The notes under the pieces were generated by a model. That model was not told where the DNA came from. It ran no database searches and saw nothing but the letters and a program-made list of their open reading frames with translations. Shown piece by piece: positions 1 through 13,729 of a DNA stretch of 64,000 bases. A program made the translations under genes and the position numbers. The stretch is from assembly GCF_009914755.1 (NCBI RefSeq), contig NC_060933.1; one strand, 5' to 3'. Every line of letters starts with the position of its first letter. Position 1 is the stretch's first letter. This DNA comes from the human T2T-CHM13v2.0 reference genome, Homo sapiens.

Positions 1-214
1 AGTACCCTCCCCAAGGATAAAGTTTCTGGGAATTGGACATCTAGCCTCCGAGGAGCCAGGATGACCTCACCAAGGAAATTCCCTTTAAGGACACTTTTCC
101 AGGCAGAGGCTCTGGGCCCTAGTGACCTACGTGACCCAAGATGGAGCCTCTGGAGTTTTCGAGGTGGGTGAGGAGCCAGGGCAGGGATCCTAGCATTGGA
201 TCGTATATCTCCTT

Positions 215-745
215 TTCAAATGTATTCCATAATCTTGGCCATTTTCACCACATCACACCTCCAGCTAAGATCGCTCTCTGCCTGAACCTCTTTCAGTATT
301 ATTTTTGCATTGTTCTTCTCTCCAGGGAATATCCTGGTTTAGACTTTCCTCCCAATTGAATTTGCCTTTCTCCCCTCTGAGCCAAATCCTATTTTGTTAT
401 TTTCCATTGGTATCTTTAACCCTCTTTGAGACATCTGCATTACCTCTCTGCCCTTCTTGGTGATAGCAACACCTCCCAATTAAGGATCTTATGCAAATTT
501 CATTAGCGTGCTGTTGACTCATCTTCCAGATCATTATTAAGGATGTTAAATAAGAGCAGAACAAACACCGGTTTCCACACACCTTCAGGGAGGCCGTGCT
601 GTGTCATTTTTCTTGGGTTTGGGTGTGTGCACCATTTCATCTGCAAAGTAAGTTCTTTTCCATTCCAGTTTGAATTTATTTCATGAGGAAAGTTTCATAA
701 TATATTATAACCAATGTTTTAATAAAAATCTTATAGCTATCCATG
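215..745 (-). mobile_element. Ancient CR1/L3-type LINE fragment, ORF2 reverse-transcriptase region
   Basis: Minus-strand translation with one frameshift: LLFNILNNDLED / VNSTLMKFA*DP*LGGVAITKKGREVMQ...ENNKIGF, matching the CR1 RT pattern LFNIFINDL..KFADDTKLGG. Upstream ETFLMK*IQTG resembles the region after the KAFD motif. Confidence 0.75.
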
Positions 746-1129
746 GTACCCCTGCATGTGTAGTCCCAGCAGATGAATGAATGAGCTTAGGTGACCTGCT
801 TGCTTTCAGTAGAAACTTACATTGCTGGAGAGCCCGCAGTCTTCAGGGTGCCCTCTGAGTTTCCTTGAATATCTCTGCATTCCTTGCTGGCCTGGCCAAG
901 AACATGTACTAAATACCTACTAGATTCAGGCTTCCACCTGTGCTGGAAGAGATGCCAAAATGGAAAAAGGGGCCCTTGTCCTCAAGAATCTTATGTCTGA
1001 CTGAGTAGAAAGAACATTCCCACACACAGACCCTCCACACACAAGGAAGTGAGCAAAGCAAGATTCTGAGGAAAGCAACATTTAATCAGGTACAGGCTAC
1101 AGTTTAAAATGTTTAAGCATGGCATGCAT

Positions 1130-1660
1130 TTTAAAACTTTAACTTTGTATTATGGAACGTTTCAAACATACACGAAATGGAATGAGTCCCTGTGCACCCA
1201 TTATCCAGTTCGAACAGTTGCAACACTTTGCCATTTTTATTTCATCTCCCCACCCCCCTTTCTCTCTCTCTCTCTTTTTTTCTTGGAACACTTTAAAGAA
1301 AATCCCAGGCATCATATCACTGCACCAGTAATACTTCAGAAAGCAACTCTAACAGATAGGCTTTTTTTTCTAACATAACCACAATGCAACTAATACATCT
1401 AACATTATTAAGGATAACTCCTTATGACATACAATCTATTAACTGGTTCTTGTTCAACTTTTCCCCTGATTGTCTGAAAAATGTCTTTTTACAGTTGGTT
1501 CATTTGAATCAGGACCCAAATGAGGACCACACATTCTAGTCCTTATTTGAGGCATCTGGTGGACCTGCCTGTTAAGTCTCTTAACTTGTAAAATATCCTT
1601 TCTAAAATGCCATTTATTTATTGAAGACACTAAGTCATTTGTCCTGTAGAATTCTAAGTG
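1130..1660 (-). mobile_element. Old L1 3'-end fragment (L1MC/L1ME-like)
   Basis: Typical segments ...TTTCAAACATAC...AAATCCCAGGCATCATATC...AACATAACCACAATGC...TTTGAATCAGGACCCAAA... Confidence 0.65.
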
Positions 1661-2117
1661 TAGTTCATTTTAAAGGACATTTGTTATATGAAATATAAAC
1701 ATAGATAAACCAGGAGATAAAGTAATATAAACTATGCGTGCCAAAACATTTGAAACATGGACCCTTCTAGTTGGAAGGAAGCCTAGAATTTCTTCACACA
1801 AACCCAGCCTCCACCCCTTTCCCTATCTTTGCCCCAGACACAAAATCCTCCTCAGCAATAACGTGATAGATGTACATTCTCTTCACTTTGTAGAAGAACC
1901 CACTTTGGGATTCTTTTCTATACCAAATCCTTCCCATGCAGATTAAAAAAAAGTTATTCAACTTAGCAACAATTAAAAAATCTATTCATACAAATCTATA
2001 GCAAAACTCTATTGCCCAAAATGTGCTACACCTGGGAAGAGCCCTGAAATTAGAAAGAGAGAAAAAGGGAAGGAAAGGAAGAGAAAGGAAAGAAAAGGAA
2101 AGAAAAAAAGAAAGAAT

Positions 2118-2263
2118 GGCTGGGCACAGTGGCTCAAGCCTGTAATCCCAGCACTTTGGGAGGCTGAGGTGAAAGGATTGCTTGAGCCCAGGAGGTCAAA
2201 ACTGAAGTAAGCTATGATTGCGCCACTGCACTCCAGCCTGGGTAACAGAGTGAGATCCTGTCT
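2118..2263 (+). mobile_element. Monomer-length Alu (FAM/FRAM-like or internally deleted AluJ), flanked by GA-rich and (GGAA)n tracts
   Basis: Alu 5' end runs directly into a right-arm 3' end within ~146 bp; (GGAA)n at ~2264-2318. Confidence 0.85.
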
Positions 2264-2424
2264 GGAAGGAAGGAAGGAAGAAAGGAAGGAAGGAAGGAAG
2301 GTAGGAAGGAAGGAAGGGCAAAAACAAAACGAAACAAAATAAAGGGCCATAGACACAAGAAATTCCAGCTAGAGTTAGAGATGTTTAGGAGGCTAAAGGT
2401 AGATGATGGTTAAGAGCAAAAGAT

Positions 2425-2717
2425 GGCTAGGCACATGGGTGTAATCCCATGTGGCCCATGCCTGTAATCCCAGCACATGGGAGGCCAAGGTGGACTGATC
2501 ACTTGAGCCCTGGAGATTGAGACCAGCCTGGCTAACATGGCGAAACTCCATCTCTACAAAAATTAACCAGTCGTGGTGGTGTGCACCTGTGGTTCCAGCT
2601 ACTTGGGAGGCTGAAGTGGGAGGATCGATTGAGCCTGGGAGGACAAGGCTGCTGTGAGCCATGATCACACACCACTGTACACCCTCCTGGACAACAGGGT
2701 GAGACACTATCTCAAAG
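2425..2717 (+). mobile_element. Alu (old, AluJ-like)
   Basis: Dimeric Alu with GAGCAAAAGAT target-site duplication on both sides. Confidence 0.9.
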
Positions 2718-2859
2718 ATAACGAGCAAAAGATGATGGAAGTTTGTTGGACTAGAACATGACCCTACCCCCTTCTACTCTTTTGTCTAAGACTTGATGGC
2801 TCACTGAGGTGGAGAGGGAGGCAAAGCCAAGTTCTGGATGGGAATGTTGTCTCTGTTTT

Positions 2860-3010
2860 GAGCAATGGTTTTAACTTTCTGAGCCCGAGTCCCCGTCTCA
2901 GTGACCTGGGATGATAATTCTTACCTCCAGGTTGTGTGCACGAAGCCAATAATGTGGGAACGGGGCAGGCCACCCAGTGTCTGGCACGTGGCTGGAGCTC
3001 AATGGGGGAG
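2860..3010 (+). mobile_element. MIR fragment
   Basis: Degenerate MIR core and tail (…TTAACTTTCTGAGCC…GGGATGATAAT…GTCTGGCACGTGG…GCTCAAT). Confidence 0.55.
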
Positions 3011-5289
3011 GGTTTCTGTTGTGTGCATGGTGGGGCTAAGCTCCACCTGTAACACTCCAGACAGACAGCCTGTTCATTCTGCCTGATGGCAGGTCATTGC
3101 ACTGGGGAAATCTATCACATTGATTGGCTCTCCTAACAGGCTGATTGGGGGAAAATAAAACATTCGACATAAGTGAAAAAACGGGAGTAGGTGAATCCGT
3201 GAGCCCTGTAGGGAGGTGGCCCCATGGTGAGCATTCCAAGTGCAGGTGAGTGAATTTGAGAACAGCTCTTCTGTTTTTTTCTGAAGTATTTGTACCACAT
3301 TCAGATCATTTTGCATTTCCGGTCTCAGCTTTATCCTTTATAATTTTCCCCAAATACTAAGTAGGTTATACAATTCCTCCAGGGCTGTCGGATGCTCACT
3401 GCCCTGATGTGCTGATGGTGCATTTGTTTACCAGAAGGGATCCAGGTGAGGGGAGGGCCTCAGCCCCTCTCAGCCCGCCTCCTGCCTCCCCGCACCTCCT
3501 GGAAAACCTGAACCGCTTGCATTCATAGTCAGCAGGTGCTCCCTTTGTCATGCGACAGGAGAAGGACCTCAGCCTGCACCTTCAGGCCCCTCCAGCCCCT
3601 CCACAAGGGATTTCCACCAGAAAGTTTAAAGCTCACATAAGGATCTGAGCCTCTCCCAAGAGAATGGCGAAATAAACACAAGCTGTTATTGGCGTCATCT
3701 CAGTATTGATCAGGGCTCATAACTGCTTAATTCTTCATTTTTATCAAGTCTTCCCAAACTCCCAACCATCTTCAGTGCTTGGGCATTTCGGCTTCGTGTT
3801 GAAACGAGGTTGGTGCAGCAGCTGTTTCTGCATCAGGGGCTGCATCTCCCACCTCCCTTGGTTATGAGCAGACTCTCAGCCCCTCCTGTGTTCTCTTCTC
3901 CATGGCTAATCTGCAGCTGATGGTTTGGTTTCCAGAGATACAACAGAGCTTTCCTGAGTCCATTAGAAACCCATTATTTAGGGCGGTCACCCCTACTTCC
4001 TTCCAGAACCCTCACCCCGCTGACCACAAAGATCCCTTATCAGGAAAGTTGGTGTTTGGTTTCCTGAGGGGGAAAAAGCCCATCTACATCCAGAAATGAC
4101 TCCATGTGCCACCCTCGGAAGGAAGGCCTTCCTGTTTGGATGCAGGAGGGCAACGTCACTGCTTGCACAAGGCCCTGTCTCAACTCCAAACTCACCTGTC
4201 AGCCAACAGAGCTCTCCAAGTCCTGGCAGGGAAAGCAAGAGGGAAAGAAAACAATCTCTGAGTCCTTCAAAGACAGAGCTCTCTTTACGACTACGATTTC
4301 CAGCAATCGATCACTTATTTTCAATAAGCAAGCCTCTTATTCCACCCTTCTATGCACGAACCCCCAAAATAAACTGCGCTAGTCATTAACGCCCCCTCCC
4401 CCGTTCTTGTTCTCATCTTTTCCAGTGCTGACTTGAGTTTCTTTTTTAACGTGGGGATTTCCTCCACCCCCTGCCTGTGACCCCCTCTTAGGAAATGTAA
4501 AATCGAAAGCAGCAATAGAGCTGCGGTCTTCACGAAGAATAAAATCAGTGACTGCCAACCTGGCCCACGGCCTCCCGAAGCAAGCTCACCGAGGACTCAT
4601 TCTAGCTGCGCCAATCACATCGTGATTTTAATAATTTAGCCCCAGGTGGGGTTGTCTCTGCTGGTGAGTGGCTTCGGGACCTCAAGTTATCAAAATATTA
4701 ATGCTACTGATTTGTCAGCCCTCACTGATGGAGCGTCAGAAGCTTCTGGTAGTTGCAGGGGAGGCAGATTTGTAATAATAGAGACAACGCTGGCCAAATG
4801 GGAATCTCTGAGTGAGGAAACACAGGCGGGCGTGTCCTCTGCCCCTGGCTGTCCTGGGACCCCGAGGGGAAGACTGTGGCTCAGACCTTGCAGTCAGTTA
4901 GACCCTCCAGGGATCAAGGGCGAAAGGGGGATGGATAGTGTCGCAAACCTGGTGATTCAGATTTTTGAAATCTGGCATAGGGACTCCCAGTGGAGTGTCC
5001 TTATGGATTATTTTGCTGTCTGCCAACACGTGGGTCGCATGGCCCTGGTGGTTAGTGGAAGGGCTTTACTGGAATCAGGCATGGTGTTGAATAACATTAA
5101 ATCACCTCATGAGAATGACTCCCTTTTCCAATTCTCTTTCAATTTTCACATTGCTTAAAGGGAAATTTCAGGTGCTCCGGGTCTCTAACGCCTCCCTAGT
5201 ACTTACGAATCTTCTTCCTTAACAAGGAGAGCTGTCCTCAGGCTCCCAGCCTCTAGTGGGAACACAGCTCTAGAAATTGACAGCATTAT

Positions 5290-5866
<577 letters not shown>

Positions 5867-6659
5867 TCATTCGAGTTCCCATGGTGCTCATCTCATGCTA
5901 GCCCCCAGGAGACACTCACTGCCCACGCATCTCTCGGGGGCTGATGTGAGCCGAGGCCGGGTGGGGCGGGGGAAGCCGAGGCTGGAGAGCCAGAGGGAAG
6001 CACAGTTTCCCTCTCGGGGCCTCTGCTTGCACATGGGGATATTTAGGTTACTTCAAAAACAAATGAGAAAAGTCTGGGGAGAGTTCTGGTAAATGGGGAA
6101 AGTACTACTAAACGTACGTAACGGACACGTTTAACAATGTCACATACTGGATCTCTGACTGCCAACTGGCCTCGAGTCCCCCAGACCCAGCTCCCTCCCA
6201 AATAGAGCAAAAGCTTCAGGCTCAGAAGGCAGAGTGGGTTCCCATTTGTGCCACTGTGGGAAACGTCCTTAGACACTCACTCACCTTCCAGCAACCCCAA
6301 AGGGGGTGGGGTCTGCCTCAGCCTCAGAAGGAGTGGAGGCCTAGCAAGGGGAGGTCCCTCCACCAGAGATCATGGCCACCATGTCACTCAGCCCAGGAGT
6401 CTGACACCAAAACCCGCCCTCCTCCCTTCTCTGCCCTCCTGCCTGATCTTTTAACAGCAGTAATTACATGGTTCAGAAATCAGACTAGATAGGAAGGTGT
6501 TCACTGCAAAGGCCGGCTTCCACCCTCCATCCTCCACTACCGGGAAGCATGCTATTACCTTCTGATTTAGCCTTCCAGGTTCCATACACAAATAAACACA
6601 AACAAACGGGGTGCATGTGGCATTTTCTGTATGTATAACCTTATTCCACCCTTCTTTTT

Positions 6660-7325
<666 letters not shown>

Positions 7326-8059
7326 GCAAAACATCAGTATCCAACGTGTGATGCAGTGGTGCTAATTAGAGCATGGCTTACTCTGCCTGCGACCTCAGTG
7401 TGACTTAGCTGTGGTCGACCCTTTTCTGGGAAGTCACAGAGTCCACTGCTGTGGCTAGAGCTGGAGGGAGGTCAGAGAGGTGGGTGGGAAGGAAGGCGGG
7501 TGGGCTGCAGGCTCACTGAAGGTGTCTGCTGTAGTGCTCCTGGTAGACCAGGTGTCTAGGCACACTTCACAGGCTGGAGGCGGGTCCTCAAAGGGCCTCA
7601 ACCAGAAAAAAGTGAGTGTGCCGCCTGGTGCCTGCATGACAGGCACCGTGACAGTGCAAAATGCAGTTCCCGCCTGGAGATCTCACACTAGGTAAAGTGG
7701 ATGTCAGGACGTGACTGCGTATCTGTTCAAACACGCTCAGCATCCTGCTGGGGACCATCACGTGGGGGAGACGGGCATGAGGACAGGGGCCTTTGACTCG
7801 GCGTGGCGTGAACAGGGTGTACCTGCAAGCACTGGTCACTTCCAAGAAGCCTGACACAGCCTGCCCAGGGGGACAGCCCTGTCCTGCACCTGGGCAAGGA
7901 CACTCCCCTTCTGCAGCCACCCCTACCTCGGGGCCTCAGAGCCTGCTAGTGATGTCAAAGAGCAGAAGGAGTCCCTTGGTCCTGATAGGGGCTGAAATCA
8001 TCTGTTGGAGTCCTAGGTCTCAGTACTCAAAATATGACTATGTCTGGGGAGAGGGACGT

Positions 8060-8635
<576 letters not shown>

Positions 8636-8869
8636 TCTGGCCTGCTGTGCGATACCGTGAGCTGCGGGAAAGAAGCCTTGCTCCCTGCTCTGCCACCCTC
8701 TCTGTGCCTCACCCCGCCCTCTTCCCAGAGGGTACCTGGGAAGTCCCAGCCCCATCCTTCCCCTGCTCTGAGTATTTTCAATCTGCCTTTGGACATCAAG
8801 GTGCACATTTCTGGCACCCATGGCCTCAGCTGTAGAGTGAGGCCAGCCCCACCTCACTGGAGAGTGCAA

Positions 8870-9065
8870 TTGCTCAGGCCTGGATTTTAATCCTGCCAGA
8901 AGGATTAAATCCTCCACAGCTGGTGGCCGCAGATGAGCTTCTTCACCTCTCTGAGTCTCCATTTCCTCGTCTGGAAAGTGGGGGATATGTGGGCTTACTG
9001 TGGGGATCACGCAAAAGGTGAATGAGATGCAGTGCAGTGTCCAGCACATGCTTCAATAAATGGCC
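8870..9065 (+). mobile_element. MIR fragment
   Basis: CTTCACCTCTCTGAGTCTCCATTTCCTCGTCTGGAAAGTGGGG core and TCAATAAATG tail. Confidence 0.6.
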
Positions 9066-10669
9066 GTTCACCCTTCTCTCTCTTTCATCTGCCAATATTT
9101 ACTGAGCTCTTACGATGTGCACAGTCCCAGGCACTGGGACACAGCCGGCAAGAACACAGACAAAAACCCCTCAGGAACATCCTAACTGAGGGAGACAGAA
9201 AACAAATGCAATAAGTGAGATGTAAGGTCCGTTAGACGTTCAGCACAGTGGAAGGAAAGTTCAGCAGGAGAAGGGATGGGGAGCAGGGTAGGGGGTGGGT
9301 TTGGGTTGCTCCACTCCCTGACCCGCAGAGCCATTTGGGGTTACGGCCCAGGATCGAGGGGTGCTTCCCTGCTTCCCTGAGCTGCTGAAACAGCCGATTC
9401 GAACAGGGATAAAGGCAGGACAAGACGAGCTGACCGTCTCATGGTGGGCAGTGGTGGGGAGCATTGGTGGGGGAAGGGTGGGGCTTTCCTCAGGCTCACA
9501 CTGGCTTCTTTCTCCCCTACAGATGGTGAGGGGACGGCAGAGGAAAGGAGGTCTCACTGGTGCACACGACATTCCTGGATTCTCTCCTTAGTGGTTGTTT
9601 TTGTTGGTAATAGTAGAAACAGTAATAGTAGCAACAGCAGTGGTGGTAAACGTAGCATGAACGTTAAGGAGATTCCTCTGGGTGCCTTCTGGCTTCAAGT
9701 TCCTGAGCAGAGCTGGGCTGCATGGAACAACCAGAGCTGTCTTCCTGGACAGCTGACATCCCTTTTGTTTTTCTGTTTGCTCAGATGTCTGGTTAATTTC
9801 TGCACGGGAATATCATATCCGGAGCTCCCGAGGCCCTTCTAGAATGTTCTGTCTTGCACTTAGCAGATCTCCTTTCCCTTGACAAATGGACTCCATCTCC
9901 TCTCTTTAGACTGGATTTCGCTGATTTGTGTAAATTTGGCATTATAAAGTATTTATATGGCTCGGTGCTGGCAGTGGCCTCTCTCCAGCCTCCTGGCTCT
10001 GTTCCTTCCTGGGAAGATGAGTGACTGGGCTGGACAGTGACTGGCCACGACTGTGGACACTGCCCTGAGTAACTCCCGGCACCTCCACCCTTTCAGTCCA
10101 ATTCCACGAGTGTTTACTGAACGCTCCCTCTGTACTCCGAGTTTGCTCCATGAGAAATTCAGACATGAACAAAAGGTGGTCCTGCCACGGAGGGGCTTGC
10201 ACCTGGCAGGTGAGGCAGGGATGGAAACAGCTCCACCTGGGCTGGTGGCGATAAGTCATAAGAAAGGGACACATAGAGCCCTTCAGAGTCCCAGTTTCAG
10301 GAGGGGCAGGGAGGGCTTTCTGGAGGCCATGGCACATGACCCCCGTAGAATGGGGGCACGTGGAGAGGAGGGAGGGGATGTGGAGTGAAGGGAACAGCAC
10401 AGGGAACAGCAGAGGCAAGTGTGCAGGAAGCAGGGTGGGCGCCACAGGGCTATGTGCTTAAGCAAAGCCTCCGCCCATGAGACAAGGTAGAGGGGCAGAT
10501 GAGGGCCCCAGGCTGCAGGGTTTCCTTTTGTTTCTGAAGCCAATGGAGGGGTGAGGGACGGGGATGGGTGAGCCCAGACTGGAAGTGACAAGAATCAGGT
10601 GGAGCTTCAAGTGGATCATTCCAGGAGCAAGAGATGGAAACCAGCTCCTACGGAGCATCTACTCTGCGC

Positions 10670-11170
10670 CTGTGTATTCGTTTCCTGTTGCCACTATAGT
10701 TTGTTATGGGGTAGCAAACTACCCCATACACTTAGTGGCTTGAAACAACACACATTGGCCAGGTGCGGTGGCTCACGCCTGTAATCCCAGCACTTTGGGA
10801 GGCCGAGGCGGGTGGAACACCTGAGGTCAGCAGTTCGAGATCAGCCTGGCCAACATGGTGAAACCCTGTCTCTACTAAAAATACAAAAATTAGCCGAGCG
10901 TGGTGGGGCTTGCCTGTAATCCCAGTTACTTGGGAAACTGAGTCACGAGAATCATTTGAACCCAGGAGGCGGAGGTTGCAGTGATTGCACCACTGCACTC
11001 CAGCCTGGGTGATAGAGCAAGACTCCATCTCAAAACAAAACAAAACAAAAAAATCAACACACATTTATTGTCTTACAGTTCTGAAGGTCACAAGTCCAAG
11101 ATCAGTCTCTGTGAACTAAAATTAAGGTGTCAGCAAAGCCAAGTTCCTTCTGGAGGTGCTAGAGGAAGGT
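10670..11170 (-). mobile_element. MaLR LTR (MLT1-like) interrupted by an Alu
   Basis: CTTAGTGGCTTGAAACAACAC [Alu] ATTTATTGTCTTACAGTTCTGAAGGTCACAAGTCCAAGATC…AAGGTGTCAGCA…CCTTCTGGAGG. Confidence 0.8.
10757..11053 (+). mobile_element. Alu (AluS-like)
   Basis: Full dimer, (CAAAA)n tail, TSD CAACACACATT. Confidence 0.95.
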
Positions 11171-12210
11171 CAGGAGCCACCAAATCAGACTGAATCAGGT
11201 CTAAGCTTGGGGCCTTCAGTGATGGAGAATTAACAGAGCTGACAAAAGAAGTGAGGAGATGAGGTTGAGGATAGGGGGAAGGCTAGTGGCTGCATTCGGG
11301 GCCAGATGGAAGGGCCCAGCTGGAAGCTTACGCCAAGGGAGGGGTTGGGCTGGGAACAGTTCTGAAGGTCAAGCATAGACTCGGGGAGTCCCTGAGATGG
11401 GGTTAAGGGAGAAAAGGGTTGGGCATAGAACCAGAGCGGGGAACAGGGCCAGGACGCAGCAGAAAGGCTCCCAAGGTGTCATAAGGAGGGGAGAGGGAGG
11501 GAGTGGCCAGCAAGGCTGGTAGTGTCTAGGAATGTAGTGTCAGACACCAAAGGGAGTGAACAGAAAGATGGTCAAATGCCAAGTGAAGCTCTTGGGTTCA
11601 GCAACTTGGAAGTGTCTCGCAGCAAAAATGCAGGGGTTCCCACCATCACCAGCTCTCAGGTGGTCTTGAGAAGGGCTGTGTTTGGTGCTGTCCAGGCTAG
11701 GCTGGCTGTAAAGACTGCAAGACCTTTGTGAGATGCTTAAGCTCCAGGAAGATCCTTCTCAACCCAAAGCAAGAACCTCCCGGCTGAGCCCAGTTAGCCT
11801 CCACCCTGTGAGAGATAGCAATAAGACTCCGATGCTGTTTAAGGCACTAGGCCATGGGGCAGTTTGTTATGCAGCCTTAATAGCATGGGTCAAGGATAAC
11901 ATTGGTAGTTTCGGGTGGAAATTTGGCAGGAAAATCAGTGGTCTGTTGGCAGATATTTTAGTTCCAAATTGTCCACGGGTACTCTAATTGGAGATGGGAT
12001 TGGGAAGAAGAGAATTTTTATCTCCAGAGCTGCCTCTTCCCTCCCACTAACACACCAGCCCCTCCTTTCCCAAGGCATTCTGCTCTTGTTGTACCCTTAT
12101 CATTCAAGTCTACTTTGGGGGAATCAGCGTGTTTTTCTTTCCAGGGCCATTGATGCCTATAACCTGAGCTCTTCCTCTGAAAGGAAAGACTTGACTCCCC
12201 AGTTTCAGTG

Positions 12211-12490
12211 GCTAAGGGTTGGGTCGGCACTGCACTGAAGCTAGGTCATAGCTGAGGGTTGAGTCGGCACTGTACTGAAGCTAGGTCATAGCTGAGGGTT
12301 GAGTTGGCACTGTACTGAAGCTAGGTCATAGCTGAGGGTTGGGTCGGCACTGTACTGAAGCTAGGTCATAGCTGAGGGTTGGATCGGCACTGTACTGAAG
12401 CTAGGTCATAGCTGAGGGTTGAGTTGGCACTGTACTGAAGCTAGGTCATAGCTGAGGGTTGGGTCAGCACTGTACTGAAGCCAGGTCATA
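12211..12490. repeat. Minisatellite, 7 x 40 bp
   Basis: Unit GCTGAGGGTTG(G/A)GT(C/T)GGCACTGTACTGAAGCTAGGTCATA repeated with exact 40-bp period, 1-3 substitutions per copy. Confidence 0.97.
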
Positions 12491-13143
12491 GTGGCTTGAG
12501 AGAGCCAATCGTTACATTTTAAAGAATTTGGTGAGATGATTATTGTGATGGCTAATTTTAGGTGTTTAGGTGTTTTGACTGGATTAAGGGATACCCAGAT
12601 AGCTGGTAAAGCACTGTTGCTGGATATGCCTGTGAGGGTGTTTCCAGAAGAGACTGGCATTTGAAGCCATGGACTGAGTAAGGGAGACCCATCTTCATCC
12701 AATGTGGGTGGGCACCATCCAATCAGCCGAAAGCCCAGGTAGAACAAAAAGGCAGAATAAAGCTGAATTCATTCTCTCTTCTGGAGCTGGGACACCCTTC
12801 TTCTCTTGTCCTTGGACATCAAACTCCAGGTTCTCTGGCCTTTGGACTCTAAGACTTGCACCAGCAGCCCCCCTGGGTTCTCAAGACTTTGTCCTTGAAC
12901 TAAGAGTTACACCATTGGCTTCTCTGGTTCTGAGGCTTTCAGACTTGGACTGAGCCCAGCCTCCCTGGGTCTCTAGCTTGCAGATGGCATATCATGGGAC
13001 TTCTCAGCCTCCATAATCACGTGCACCAGTTTTCCTGAATAACCCCCTCTCAGATCTCTGTATATACCCTATTGGTTCTGTCTCTCTGGAGAATCTAGAC
13101 TAATATAATCATTAAACACAACCATTATTAAAAATTAAATTAC
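12465..13143 (+). mobile_element. MER63 (hAT-Blackjack) terminal fragment, split by an MLT2 LTR (parts 12465-12543 and 13108-13143)
   Basis: CAGCACTGTACTGAAGCCAGGTCATAGTGGCTTGAGAGAGCCAATCGTTACATTTTAAAGAATTT… resumes after the LTR as TTAAACACAACCATTATTAAAAATTAAATTA, matching the recalled MER63 start. Confidence 0.7.
12544..13107 (+). mobile_element. ERVL solo LTR (MLT2B-like)
   Basis: TGTGATGGCTAATTTTAGGTGT…GTGAGGGTGTTTCCAGAAGAGA…GGGACTTCTCAGCCTCCATAATCACGTG…CTATTGGTTCTGTCTCTCTGGAGAA…GACTAATATA; 5-bp TSD ATTAT/ATCAT. Confidence 0.9.
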
Positions 13144-13444
13144 AGCTGGGCATCATGGTTCATGCCTATAATCCCAGCATTTTAGGAGGCCGAGGTGGGG
13201 GCAGATCACTTAAGCCCAAGAGTTCAAGACCAGCCTGGGTAACATGGCAAAACCCTGTCGCTACAAAAAATTCACTGGGTGTGGTGGTGCATACCTATAA
13301 TCTCAGCTACTTGGGAGGCTAAGGCACAAGAATTGCTTGAACCCAGGATGCAGAGGTTGCGGTGAGCTGAAATCATGCCACTGCATTCCAGCCTAGGTGA
13401 TGGAGCAAGACCCTGTCTCAGAAAACAAAAACAACAACAAAAAA
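13144..13444 (+). mobile_element. Alu (AluJ-like)
   Basis: Diverged dimer with (CAA)-rich tail. Confidence 0.92.
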
Positions 13445-13600
13445 CCTTTTACCAACATGCCACTTCAACTTTGGGACAGGTTTGAGAGGGAGCCAGAATG
13501 GCCCCCTTAGCCAGATCCTTGTAGACTTTTGTTTGGAGCTTATGACATCATACTGTTCTCACCAAGGCTTGTGGTATCTGTTTGTCGCCAACAAAGCTGA

Positions 13601-13680
13601 TTTTTTTTTTTTTTTTTTTGAGACAGAGCCTGTCTTTGTCTGTTGCCCATGCTGGAGTCCAGTGGCACGATCTCGGCCCA
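13601..13680 (-). mobile_element. Truncated Alu 3' fragment
   Basis: Poly-T + GAGACAGAG…GTTGCCCATGCTGGAGTCCAGTGGCACGATCTCGGC, then breaks off. Confidence 0.8.
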
Positions 13681-13729
13681 GCCTGAGCACACAGCCAATT
13701 CAAGCAGGTCTTCATCAATTTGTTGTAGA

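Noticed and set aside
11683-11700. Possible REST/NRSE site (GGTGCTGTCC)
   Set aside because: Only one half-site matches; TTCAGCAC at ~9239 is likewise an isolated half-site.
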